From the NCBI GenBank assembly GCA_947176385.1, contig CAMWQN010000004.1:1-53648 (forward strand): DNA of 53,648 nucleotides. Reading direction: 5' to 3'. Below are positions 24,461-33,820 of the stretch, piece by piece. Under the pieces are notes generated by a model. That model had not been told where the DNA came from, ran no database searches, and saw nothing but the letters and a program-made list of their open reading frames with translations. The DNA is from an uncultured Rickettsiales bacterium. GTDB lineage: Bacteria; Pseudomonadota; Alphaproteobacteria; Rs-D84. The position numbers and the translations under genes were made by a program. Positions within the stretch are counted from its first letter, which is position 1; the number at the start of each line of letters is the position of its first letter.

Positions 24461-26074
24461 TTATTCTTCGATTTCGATTTCGTCGATGTATGTTCGGTTG
24501 ACGCGTTCCAGTGATACAGGTTTGTAATCTGGGTTTTCAATTACCGTATTATCATCAGATGACATGATTACAATATTTTCTTGGCGTGGTGTGGACACAG
24601 ATTTTGTCATGTTTGCGCCAAATGTTTTTGATTTATATTGGCTGCGCAGGCGGTCGGGGACCTGGATATAGTTCATTGGATTTATGCCTGGGGTTTCCAA
24701 TGACATCGCGCGTGCTGGGGTTATATGACGTTGTTCGATATTATAAATTGGGCTCATAAAGTTTGTTGGTGCATTCTTTATTACCCGTGGTGTACCGGAA
24801 CCATCCAGTTCAACAATACGCAATGCGCGTTCGCTTTCACCGGTTGGTTTTAATCGGAACAGACCATCCAGACCCATATATCCGCTGGGATCCAGCAGAT
24901 ATGCAGCGTTCGATTTATTTGAATAAATCATGCCCATTGCCATGTTTGCCGCATCATATCCAAATGTGGCAAGTCTGGTTGGCGCTGCGCCGTCTGTTTG
25001 TTCGTATAGGTTTGCAAAGTTTTCTGATACCGGGGGCAGGGCAGCAAATTTTGCCCCGGACATTGTCAGGTCAGATGCAATGTCTGCGCCGTCCCACATT
25101 GCGGTGCCATAAAAACGTGCATCACGTGCGCCAACACCATAATAGCGTAAAAATGATGCCAGTGATTTTGTATCATCGCCAGAGCCTAAGAATAACACCG
25201 CATCATATGGTAAATCGCCCAGGGTGTCTGTCTTGGCTAATTTATCCAGTTGATGGTTTAATGATGATTTTTCAATCGCGGTCAGTCTTTCTTTGGTCAA
25301 TATATCAGACAGTATTTCCCGTGCGCGATTGTTGGCTGCAACACGGGCAGTGTTCATTGATGCGGCAGCCATTGTGTTTTTGATTGATTCTGCGTCTTTT
25401 TCTGTATAGTAAAATACGCCTGATACCGGTATGTCATAAATTGATGCTGCGTTACGTGCAGTGCCTGCCATTAATTGCCCAGATGGTGTGTCGGGTGCGA
25501 CGACAATAAAACTGCGTGTGCCATCAGATTGCATTTCGCGAACAATAGCCTCTACACTGTTTGTTGGCATCAGGGACATTGACATAACACCACGACCAAC
25601 TGCGGTTGCATCGGATGTAAATGATAATACTGGGGTTGATTCCGGTTTGGCTTCCCTGATAATTCGTGCGTCGCCGGCAAATAATGGTCCGATTATTATT
25701 TCTGGGTTTATTGATAATGCCTGGTTTATTGCACTGGATGCATTTGGTGCCGTATCATAGAAAGATATTGCCAAATTCTGTGGTCCGCGTTGCAATGTCG
25801 CCAGTTCAATTGATGTACGTATCATATTTCCTGCGGCGGCATTGTCGCCTGACAATGGCAGCAATACAGCCACGCGGTGTGTGTCGGCAGAATTTAAGTT
25901 ATCAGGCGTAACGCCAGATGCATCAAATGTTCCATATTGCATCTGGGCAGGGGTACCTGTCTGTAACGTGCCGTAATCATCAAACCAGTCGCCATTATTG
26001 TTGGTGCAGCCTGATAATATTGCTATCAATCCGAAAAAGCCAAAAATTCTGTTTATATGCATTGAAAAATCCAT
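24461..26074 (-). CDS. Penicillin-binding protein activator LpoA-like lipoprotein (periplasmic-binding-protein fold)
   Basis: Lipobox IAILSGC-T. RVAVLLPLSGDNAAAGNMIRTSIELA resembles LivK/LpoA family starts. It is divergent from rsmI, as lpoA is in E. coli. Confidence 0.55.
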   Translation of the reverse strand: MDFSMHINRIFGFFGLIAILSGCTNNNGDWFDDYGTLQTGTPAQMQYGTFDASGVTPDNLNSADTHRVAVLLPLSGDNAAAGNMIRTSIELATLQRGPQNLAISFYDTAPNASSAINQALSINPEIIIGPLFAGDARIIREAKPESTPVLSFTSDATAVGRGVMSMSLMPTNSVEAIVREMQSDGTRSFIVVAPDTPSGQLMAGTARNAASIYDIPVSGVFYYTEKDAESIKNTMAAASMNTARVAANNRAREILSDILTKERLTAIEKSSLNHQLDKLAKTDTLGDLPYDAVLFLGSGDDTKSLASFLRYYGVGARDARFYGTAMWDGADIASDLTMSGAKFAALPPVSENFANLYEQTDGAAPTRLATFGYDAANMAMGMIYSNKSNAAYLLDPSGYMGLDGLFRLKPTGESERALRIVELDGSGTPRVIKNAPTNFMSPIYNIEQRHITPARAMSLETPGINPMNYIQVPDRLRSQYKSKTFGANMTKSVSTPRQENIVIMSSDDNTVIENPDYKPVSLERVNRTYIDEIEIEE

Positions 26075-26110
26075 TTATTTTTGTATCATTTTACTATAAA
26101 AGGAAATTGA

Positions 26111-26914
26111 ATGCAATCAGGGCTTTATATTGTTGGTACACCAATTGGAAATTTATCCGATATGTCGCCACGTGCGATTGATGTATTGCAGAATGTGGAT
26201 TTAATTGCTGCCGAAGATACACGGGTGTTTGGAAAGTTGGCAGCACACTTTGATATTAAAACGCCACGCGTGTCGTGCCATGAACATAATGAACGCGATG
26301 TTGTGCCAGAATTGATTGAAAAGTTGCAATCGGGGCAATCAATTGCAGCGGTGTCTGACGCCGGTATGCCGGGGGTCAGTGATCCTGGATTTCGTCTGGT
26401 GCGGGCGGCGCGGGATGCAAGCGTGCCTGTCTATGTTGTCCCAGGTCCAACCGCTGTAATATCTGCGTTGGTATTATCCGGTTTTCCGACCGACAGATTT
26501 ACGTTCTGTGGTTTCTTTGATGAAAAGAAACTGCGTGATGATAATAAAATTCGTCATACAATTGTTTACTATGAAAGCCCAAATCGTATTATGGCAACGA
26601 TTGCGGCACTTGCCCGTGTTATGCCGGAACGTCAGATTGCAATCGTGCGTGAAATTACAAAAATGTACGAAGAAACTATTATTGGATATCCGGCGGATTT
26701 ATTAAATATTGATGCACCCCGTGGTGAAATTGTGATTGTTGTGGCGCCAGCCCCCGAACATAAGATGACGGAAAATGAAATATCCGAAATTGTAAATGAT
26801 GTGGTGGGTGCGTCAACAAAATCTGCTGCGTCAGAATTGGCAGCGCGTGCTGGAATTTCCAAGAAAGAAGCATATCGACGTCTGTTAGAGAAGGGGGATA
26901 AAAATGGCGATTAA
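26111..26914 (+). CDS. rsmI: 16S rRNA (cytidine1402-2'-O)-methyltransferase
   Basis: GLYIVGTPIGNLSDMSPRAIDVL..VDLIAAEDTR, DAGMPGVSDPG, YESPNR. Confidence 0.9.
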   Translation: MQSGLYIVGTPIGNLSDMSPRAIDVLQNVDLIAAEDTRVFGKLAAHFDIKTPRVSCHEHNERDVVPELIEKLQSGQSIAAVSDAGMPGVSDPGFRLVRAARDASVPVYVVPGPTAVISALVLSGFPTDRFTFCGFFDEKKLRDDNKIRHTIVYYESPNRIMATIAALARVMPERQIAIVREITKMYEETIIGYPADLLNIDAPRGEIVIVVAPAPEHKMTENEISEIVNDVVGASTKSAASELAARAGISKKEAYRRLLEKGDKNGD

Positions 26915-27461
26915 ATTTGTCGGCAGTTTTGAAACTGTTGCATCACTGCCCCAGACTCAGTTCCCAGAATACGCATTTGTTGGACGCAGTAATGTTGGTA
27001 AATCATCGTTAATAAATGCGATTGTTGGCGCGCCAATTGCACGTACATCAAATACACCTGGACGCACGCAAAGTCTGAATTTGTTCAATATTGATGACCG
27101 CGTAATGATTGTTGATTTGCCAGGGTATGGTTATGCACGTGTGTCACGCGAACGTTGCGATGAATGGTTGGTGCGTTTGTCACAGTATCTGTTGACGCGT
27201 CGTCAATTGACACGGTTGTTCGTTTTGATTGATTCACGCATTGGTGCGCGTCCGTCTGATTTAGAACTGATGGATTTTTGCGATGCAAACGGCATATCGT
27301 ATCAGGTGGTTTATACTAAAAAAGATAAACGCATTCGCGAAGAAAAACAGGTCGCGTTGTCGCATGAGGCGCATGGTGCGATGTGTGCGGATATATTGGA
27401 AACATCTGCGGAAAAGAAAATGGGACTGGAATCATTAAGGGCAATAATTGGCATCAAATAA
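26904..27461 (+). CDS. engB: Ribosome biogenesis GTP-binding protein YihA/EngB
   Basis: PEYAFVGRSNVGKSSLINAI (G1), DLPGYGYA (G3), TKKDK (G4). Overlaps rsmI by 11 nt. Confidence 0.85.
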   Translation: MAIKFVGSFETVASLPQTQFPEYAFVGRSNVGKSSLINAIVGAPIARTSNTPGRTQSLNLFNIDDRVMIVDLPGYGYARVSRERCDEWLVRLSQYLLTRRQLTRLFVLIDSRIGARPSDLELMDFCDANGISYQVVYTKKDKRIREEKQVALSHEAHGAMCADILETSAEKKMGLESLRAIIGIK

Positions 27462-30036
27462 TAATATCTTTTCTGTGACAAACCCGGCACGTATGGCGGA
27501 TGCCTTGTGGCGCGTAGTATCTGAATCCGGTGTTTCATTGTCAGATATGTTGATTTTTTTGCCCAGTCGTCGCGCTGTGCGCAGTGTGGAACGTATGCTG
27601 GTTGATAAGGCTGGACATGCCATAATTCTGCCACATTTGGTTGCGCTGGGGGAAGCGGCCCCAGATGAATTTGATTCTGATGATGAACAGTTTGACCGTG
27701 GTGCGATCGTTTCAAATATGGAATGTGTGGTTGCGGTCGCGCGGTTGTTGATGGAAACCGGCGTTGCAGGAAATGCTATGTCATCATGTTTGCCGGTGGC
27801 GCATGATTTGGTGCGTATGGCGAACTATCTGGAAAATGAAGGTGTTGATATTGCCACAATTGATTGGGATGCGCTGGTTGATGATAAGTTTGCTGCGCAC
27901 TTTCAGCGCAAGGCAGAAATATTAAAAATCATATCTGAATTTTTACCGGCGTATATTGGTAATCGACAAACGGTAACTGTCGCACGCAATTGTGGAATAC
28001 GTGCGTGGAAAAATACACTGGATAAATATAAATTGGTTGTTGTTTGTGCATCAACCGCCAGTGTTCCAGCCACAGCTGATTTAATGTTGGCGGTCGCAAA
28101 AAAATCGCATGGGCGCATAATTTTGCCAGGCAAGATTTCAGGGCGTATATCTGATTTGGAACTAGATACCAATCCATATAATTCGGAATATAAATTTTTA
28201 TGCAGGGCAGGTGTTGCCCCTGATGATGTTATACCGATTGATGTTGGGGCGTCTGCAATTGATTTTCTGAACCGCGCGTTTGGTAATGATGCTGCGTCCC
28301 GTGGTGGTGGGGATGCAGTGCGTCATTGTCATTTGGTTGAATGTGACCGCGAAGCGGTCGAGGCATCGGTTATCGCAGAAATTGCCAAACGCAGCATTGC
28401 AGATAAAAAATCAGTTTTGGTTATAACACCTGATGCAGCAGGTAATCAACGATTGACAACCGCATTTGCGGAATATGGAATAAATGCCGATTTTTCTGGG
28501 GGCATATCTGGGACTATGGTGCCGGCAGGACGTGCGATTTTAAATTTATTTGATCGTTGGATTGATGAGCATGACAATGCTTTTGACCGTATTTATGCTG
28601 AAAATAATTATGATTTGATGGATACAATTGTTCAGATTGTTGATTCTGGCGATTGGGATTTAGCACCTGTGTTTGATGTGACAGATGTTGCGTCTGCACC
28701 TGTATGGGATGCGATTACAGCACTGTCTGGATACATGAAAAATTTGCAGTTACGTTTAGGTTTGCGCGACATTCGCGCATTGATTGCAGATTGTCTGGAT
28801 TCCGTTGCGGTGCGTGGTACCCCAAACCCGAATGCAGATGTTGTGGTGTTGGGGACAATTGAATCCAGAATGCAAACTGCAGATGTTGTTATTTTGTCTG
28901 GCTTGAATGATGGTATGTTTCCAGCGCGTGGGTATGATAATAATTGGTTGCCACGGCGTGTGGCGCGTGAAATTGGATTGCCGTCACCCGACAGAAAAGT
29001 ATCACTGATGGCATTGGATTTTATGAACTTGTCATGTGGTCCTGATGTTTACTGGGTTCGTTGTGCCAGCAGTGGTGGTGCGGTAACCCCGGAATCACGA
29101 TTTTTATCGCGTGTTGCGGTTGCTGGTGGTGCCTATGATATCGCGAAAAAATGTGAAGTTGTTCCGTATGATAAAGCAGTGGGCATTGATTTATTAAATG
29201 CTGTGCGGTCGCGTGATGTGGTCGCAGCGCGCCCCTTGGATTATGCGCCGCCAATGCCACCGCCGGATTGGTCAGATGTGCATGTTACAAAACTGGAATT
29301 GTTAATACATAATCCATATGCATTCTATGCCCAGCATATATTAAAACTGGAACCGGTTGATGATTATTGGAATGTGCCATTGGCGATGGAATTTGGTACT
29401 ATGGTGCATACAGTAATTGAAAGATGTGCCAAGATTAAAAATCTGACGGCGGATATTTTGGTGCGTGAACTGGATGCGGCAGCAAAGCAAAAATTGGGTG
29501 ATGATAATATCATATTTGATTTCTGGCATCGGCGTTTCATCGGGTTTGCCCAGACGGTTGTTGATGAACTGGCATTGCATCCGGATATGAAATTTGAACG
29601 TCCTGGCAAAATTGATGTATATCTGGATGATGCGAAATCGGTCAAGCGTACTGTGCGTGCATATGCTGATGGGGTTTGGGCGGATGGTGTTATGGATATC
29701 AAGACAGGTGAAATCCCATCAAACAAACAATTAAAAAACGGTATGATGCCACAGTTGCCATTGGAAGCGTTAATGCATACCCATGGTGGATTTGGCACAG
29801 ATGTTGCATCGTGTGACGACCCACAAATGCGTTTCTTGCAATTGCAAAAAAGAAATGTTCGTGTGGTTGATGTTCCACGTGTCATAGACAATATTGATAT
29901 TGTCCAAGCAGCATATGACAAAGCGGTCGAGGTATTTCGCGTATATTCCGTAGCAGGGGCACCATACGAATATCGTCAAACGAATAGTTCAATGAAATAT
30001 AAAGCCTGGGATGATTTGGCGCGTGTTGATGATTAA
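27448..30036 (+). CDS. addB: Double-strand break repair protein AddB (alphaproteobacterial, helicase-inactive type)
   Basis: N-terminus IFLPSRRAVRSVERML without a Walker A motif. C-terminal PD-(D/E)XK-like region FGTMVHTVIE ... GVMDIKTGEIPS...MPQLPLEAL. TTG start overlaps engB by 14 nt. Confidence 0.65.
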   Translation: MASNNNIFSVTNPARMADALWRVVSESGVSLSDMLIFLPSRRAVRSVERMLVDKAGHAIILPHLVALGEAAPDEFDSDDEQFDRGAIVSNMECVVAVARLLMETGVAGNAMSSCLPVAHDLVRMANYLENEGVDIATIDWDALVDDKFAAHFQRKAEILKIISEFLPAYIGNRQTVTVARNCGIRAWKNTLDKYKLVVVCASTASVPATADLMLAVAKKSHGRIILPGKISGRISDLELDTNPYNSEYKFLCRAGVAPDDVIPIDVGASAIDFLNRAFGNDAASRGGGDAVRHCHLVECDREAVEASVIAEIAKRSIADKKSVLVITPDAAGNQRLTTAFAEYGINADFSGGISGTMVPAGRAILNLFDRWIDEHDNAFDRIYAENNYDLMDTIVQIVDSGDWDLAPVFDVTDVASAPVWDAITALSGYMKNLQLRLGLRDIRALIADCLDSVAVRGTPNPNADVVVLGTIESRMQTADVVILSGLNDGMFPARGYDNNWLPRRVAREIGLPSPDRKVSLMALDFMNLSCGPDVYWVRCASSGGAVTPESRFLSRVAVAGGAYDIAKKCEVVPYDKAVGIDLLNAVRSRDVVAARPLDYAPPMPPPDWSDVHVTKLELLIHNPYAFYAQHILKLEPVDDYWNVPLAMEFGTMVHTVIERCAKIKNLTADILVRELDAAAKQKLGDDNIIFDFWHRRFIGFAQTVVDELALHPDMKFERPGKIDVYLDDAKSVKRTVRAYADGVWADGVMDIKTGEIPSNKQLKNGMMPQLPLEALMHTHGGFGTDVASCDDPQMRFLQLQKRNVRVVDVPRVIDNIDIVQAAYDKAVEVFRVYSVAGAPYEYRQTNSSMKYKAWDDLARVDD

Positions 30037-30037
30037 A

Positions 30038-30064
30038 AAATCACGCAATCGCGTGATTTTTTTA
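30038..30064. terminator. Bidirectional terminator
   Basis: AAAAAATCACGC-AATC-GCGTGATTTTTT. Confidence 0.8.
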
Positions 30065-30089
30065 TTTTTATTTATTATTATTGTGTGTT

Positions 30090-30860
30090 TTATTTCAGAC
30101 TTATCATTAATCCACAATGGTCTGTCGGTTTTTCCGCCAAGCGTGGTGTCATATCAATTTCGCAATTTTTAACCAATTCCATTGCCGCTGGATTTGCCAG
30201 GAAATAATCCAAACGCAGTCCTTGCTTTTTGCCAATTGTATCGCCACCACGATATCCATACCATGTGTAGTCAATGTCGTCTGGGTGCTTGTCGCGCCAT
30301 ACATCAACCCATCCCATGTCCAGCCAGTTTTGCATTGCTGCGCGTGCCGCCGGTGCTGCAATGGCAATGCCGACATAATTCGCAGGTTTCCATACATCGC
30401 GGTCAGTTAATGCAACATTGAAATCACCACCGATAATAACAGGTTCTGGGCTGGATATATATTGTTCAATGTATTTTGTAAATGCAGCCATCCATTCCAT
30501 TTTATATGGGAATTTTGGGGAATCAATTGTGTCGCCATTTGGCATATATACGTTTATCAAGCGCACCCGTCCATCAACAACACATTCAATAAATCGCGCG
30601 TTAACATCAGGATATGTCGGCAGCCCGGTTGTTACATCTTCGATAGAATATTTCGAGAAAGTTGCAACCCCGTTCCAACTTTTTTGACCGAAAACCTTGA
30701 CGTTATATCCATATTCATCAAATAAATTGTGCGGAAATCCGGCAGTTTCGACCTTTAATTCTTGGACCATTATGGTGTCGTATTCGCCCCCGCGCAAAAT
30801 ATCAATAAAACTTTGTGCGTGCGCGCGGATAGAGTTGATGTTCAGTGTCAGTATTTTCAT
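30090..30860 (-). CDS. xth: Exodeoxyribonuclease III
   Basis: MKILTLNINSIRAH, VQELK, GGDFNV, DHCGL. Confidence 0.9.
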   Translation of the reverse strand: MKILTLNINSIRAHAQSFIDILRGGEYDTIMVQELKVETAGFPHNLFDEYGYNVKVFGQKSWNGVATFSKYSIEDVTTGLPTYPDVNARFIECVVDGRVRLINVYMPNGDTIDSPKFPYKMEWMAAFTKYIEQYISSPEPVIIGGDFNVALTDRDVWKPANYVGIAIAAPAARAAMQNWLDMGWVDVWRDKHPDDIDYTWYGYRGGDTIGKKQGLRLDYFLANPAAMELVKNCEIDMTPRLAEKPTDHCGLMISLK

Positions 30861-30929
30861 ATTTGCAATCCATTCCTTTCAGGTTATAATACCCATAGTC
30901 CAATATAAAAACAACAAGGATTTTTGATT

Positions 30930-32510
30930 ATGAATATGTATCAATTGTTGGAAAAGGCGGCGGCAACATGGCCGGATAATTTGTTCCTGGTTCGGGAAAA
31001 GGTTACTTTTTCACAATTTATTGAACAGGTAAAAGCACGCGCTGCATCCCTGAGTGCAGAGGGTGTAAAGAAAGGTGATATTGTCGGTATATTGTCACAC
31101 AATATTCCACAGTTTCCATTAACTTTGTTTGCAATATGGTATCTGGGTGGTACGGTGTTATTACTGGATACGAATCTGACGCCATTTGAATACGATAATA
31201 TGATGGCAACAACAGATTGTCATATTGTATGCGCTGAAAAGTCATTCTTTTTCAAGACCGATAATTTCAAATTTTATGACATAACCAAAAAAGATGGCAA
31301 GGTAAACCCAGAATTGTCAGCGGCACCACTGGAATCATTGGATGTTGCAACACTGTCGTTTACGTCTGGTTCAACCGGTACGCCAAAGGTTGTGCCATTA
31401 ACACACTTTAATTTGATTGAATGTGCAAATTCATTGCATGATATGCGTGAATACATCAAGGCAGGGGATATTATGTATGGTTTCTTGCCGATGTATCATA
31501 TTTTTGGGTTTGCGGTCGAAATACTGGCGTGCTTGCACTATGGCGCGGGTGTTTTGTTGCAACCAACAGTTAATCCCAAGGAAATTATGGCGGATTTCAA
31601 AGAATATCGTCCCCAGATTATCCCAGCGGTTCCACGTTTGTTCGAAGTGATACGAAATCGTATCATTGATACATTGAAAAATAAACATATGTGGTGGTTG
31701 GCATCCTTGGTGCTGAAATATGGCAAGATACTGAATAAAATCGGTTTGGGATTTTTGGTACGCAAAGTGCAAAATCCTGTGCGTGAAATATTTGGTGGTC
31801 GTGTATCAGTATTGATTGCAGGTGGCGCTGCCACTAAGCCGGAAGTCGAAACATTCTATGAACGCCTGGGCATGCGCTTTATACAGGGATATGGTTTGAC
31901 CGAGACGGTTGGACCGATTTGCATATCCAGACCTGTTAAAAAGCGTATCCCATTTGCGTTCGGTGCACCAACATCTAATAACGAATGTGAAATTCGCGAT
32001 ATGAACGAAGATGGTGTCGGTGTTCTGTGGTTGCGTGGTCACCAGGTGTTTGGTGGATACTTGAATAACCCAGGGGTAAATGAAACTGTATTTGATGAAC
32101 GTGGTTTCTTTAATACCGGGGATATGGTATCGATGGATAAAAATGGTGAATTGCATTTTGCAGGACGTAAAAAGCAAGTTATCGTTTTGGATTCTGGTAA
32201 AAATGTTTATCCAGATGAATTGGAAGCATTGTTTATGGAAATCCCAGGCGTTAAAAACGTTGCTGTCTTTGAGCACAAGGTCAAAGATAAAACTGTTACA
32301 TATGGTGTGTTCAGTGTTGATGCCGACATGACGCTGGATAAATTGTCGCTTGCCGTTTCTAATGCAAACAAAAAGGTTGCCAGTTATAAATGGGTAACGC
32401 ACTTTGCAATGACAACGGATGATTTACCAATGACCAGTACGCAAAAGGTTAAACACCACGTCGTACGTCAAAACTTGATGGAAGGAAAATATCCAATTCG
32501 CAAGGAATAA
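30930..32510 (+). CDS. AMP-dependent acyl-CoA synthetase/ligase (long-chain fatty-acid-CoA ligase-like)
   Basis: LSFTSGSTGTPKVVPLTH AMP-binding motif, GYGLTET, TGDM..DKNGELHFAGRKK. I chose ATG 30930 after AAGGA. Confidence 0.8.
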   Translation: MNMYQLLEKAAATWPDNLFLVREKVTFSQFIEQVKARAASLSAEGVKKGDIVGILSHNIPQFPLTLFAIWYLGGTVLLLDTNLTPFEYDNMMATTDCHIVCAEKSFFFKTDNFKFYDITKKDGKVNPELSAAPLESLDVATLSFTSGSTGTPKVVPLTHFNLIECANSLHDMREYIKAGDIMYGFLPMYHIFGFAVEILACLHYGAGVLLQPTVNPKEIMADFKEYRPQIIPAVPRLFEVIRNRIIDTLKNKHMWWLASLVLKYGKILNKIGLGFLVRKVQNPVREIFGGRVSVLIAGGAATKPEVETFYERLGMRFIQGYGLTETVGPICISRPVKKRIPFAFGAPTSNNECEIRDMNEDGVGVLWLRGHQVFGGYLNNPGVNETVFDERGFFNTGDMVSMDKNGELHFAGRKKQVIVLDSGKNVYPDELEALFMEIPGVKNVAVFEHKVKDKTVTYGVFSVDADMTLDKLSLAVSNANKKVASYKWVTHFAMTTDDLPMTSTQKVKHHVVRQNLMEGKYPIRKE

Positions 32511-32522
32511 AAGAAATCATCA

Positions 32523-32548
32523 GCCCGCCGTATGGCGGGCATATCTTT
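32523..32548 (+). terminator. Terminator-like hairpin after the acyl-CoA synthetase gene
   Basis: GCCCGCC-GTAT-GGCGGGC with a weak T tract. Confidence 0.55.
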
Positions 32549-32627
32549 ATGATGTTGCATGGGATGAGATTCTTTGATATAATCACAACAGTATTGTATT
32601 CAGGTGGAGAGTTTAAGGATAGGGCAA

Positions 32628-33020
32628 ATGAAACAAATTCTGGTTTTTGCGTTGTTTGTAATTATGTTCATGCCGCATGCATCGTTTGCGGAAATTCCAT
32701 CTGTTGATTTTGTTGATGACAAGGTTTCAACATTGTCCGATGTTGTCGATACCAAGGCAGACAATGCCGCTGTTGTTCATCTGACAGGGGACGAAATGAT
32801 TGCTGGTACCAAGACATTTGCAGGTAATGTCCACATGAATAATTTAAATGCGAATACTGATGGTGCGGTAACGTTAACAAATGCCGTTGTATCCACATCA
32901 AATGATAATCAGGTTGCAACCACCGCATGGACAAATAGTCGTGTTACAGCGGCAAAGGGTGAAATTCCTGTCGGTGGCAAGGATTCAACTGTGTTTACGA
33001 AAATCTGGATAGAAGAATAA
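32628..33020 (+). CDS. Small secreted protein with phage-tail-fibre-like motifs
   Basis: Signal peptide MKQILVFALFVIMFMPHASFA; TKADNAAVVHLTGDEMIAGTKTF and NDNQVATTAWTNSRV. Paralogous to 33301-33813. Confidence 0.6.
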   Translation: MKQILVFALFVIMFMPHASFAEIPSVDFVDDKVSTLSDVVDTKADNAAVVHLTGDEMIAGTKTFAGNVHMNNLNANTDGAVTLTNAVVSTSNDNQVATTAWTNSRVTAAKGEIPVGGKDSTVFTKIWIEE

Positions 33021-33022
33021 TG

Positions 33023-33047
33023 AAAAACGCCCATCGGGCGTTTTTTT
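33023..33047 (+). terminator. Intrinsic terminator
   Basis: CGCCC-ATC-GGGCG followed by TTTTTTT. Confidence 0.8.
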
Positions 33048-33155
33048 ACAGCCAACAATATACATACAGTTATTGCTTTTTGTTGGCTAGGGTGCTATTA
33101 TTGACAGGAAGACATACAGATTGTCTTTGGGGTGTGATTACCCTTTAATTGTTGT

Positions 33156-33283
33156 GTCCGTGGGGACAAAAAATACCTCCAACATTGGTTGGAGGGCTGT
33201 GATATATTTGAATAAGCAGCACTATTCCAACAATTATAGTAATCAACCTCCAACCACTTAGATATTTCTGGTGGTTTTGTTTT
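33156..33283 (+). promoter_or_regulatory. Attenuator-like 5' leader, copy A
   Basis: Ordered elements: GTCC-GTGG-GGAC hairpin, CCTCCAAC (33176-33183), GGTTGGAGG (33187-33195), GCTG..CAGC hairpin, AACCTCCAACCAC (33245-33257), 12-nt loop, GGTGGTT plus a T tract ending 17 nt before the ATG. The same architecture recurs at 39640-39776. Confidence 0.5.
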
Positions 33284-33300
33284 ACCGCATGGGGGGACGA

Positions 33301-33813
33301 ATGAAGGCAGTTTTGATTGGTTTTTGTTTTGCTTGGATTATGATGGGTAATGCGTTGGCGGCATTGACGTCAAAGTATTATGTCGATGCGATTGTTGACG
33401 CATTACAATCAGATGTTGCGACCAAGGCGAATGATGCCGATGTCGTGCATTTGGATGGTGATGAAACAATATCAGGGGTAAAGACATTTGTAGCGCCTGT
33501 TTTGATAAACAGCAAAATTTCGGATAAACCGATTATGACCCTGACAGGAACAGGCAGTACGATTTATTTTAGTTTATTGCGTAGCGGTGGCAGTGAGGCG
33601 GTATTGGAAGCCGGACAAAATGTTTCGTTATTTGGTACGCGGACAAATCATCCAATAGAAATTCGTACAAATTATAAAACGCGCATGACAATTGGCACTG
33701 ATGGCAGTGTTGTTTTGTATGCGTCGCCATCAGCGGACAGCGACAGTAACCAGGTTGCAACCACCGCATGGGTAAACGAAAGAATTAAAGCCGTATGCGG
33801 CACAACGCAATAG
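33301..33813 (+). CDS. Small secreted protein with phage-tail-fibre-like motifs (paralog)
   Basis: Signal peptide MKAVLIGFCFAWIMMGNALA; TKANDADVVHLDGDETISGVKTF and SDSNQVATTAWVNERI. ATG 33301 after GGGGGGA. Confidence 0.6.
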   Translation: MKAVLIGFCFAWIMMGNALAALTSKYYVDAIVDALQSDVATKANDADVVHLDGDETISGVKTFVAPVLINSKISDKPIMTLTGTGSTIYFSLLRSGGSEAVLEAGQNVSLFGTRTNHPIEIRTNYKTRMTIGTDGSVVLYASPSADSDSNQVATTAWVNERIKAVCGTTQ

Positions 33814-33820
33814 TGGGGGC

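Noticed and set aside
24763-25383. 206-aa plus-strand ORF
   Set aside because: It is antisense within the LpoA-like gene. The composition is His/Arg/Leu-rich and it has no start context.
31806-32402. 198-aa minus-strand ORF
   Set aside because: It is antisense within the acyl-CoA synthetase gene, which has clear AMP-binding motifs.
32628-33813. Prophage or tailocin remnant
   Set aside because: Only two small tail-fibre-motif genes are present and both have Sec signal peptides. No capsid, tail, baseplate, lysis, integrase or att-like repeats occur within the window.
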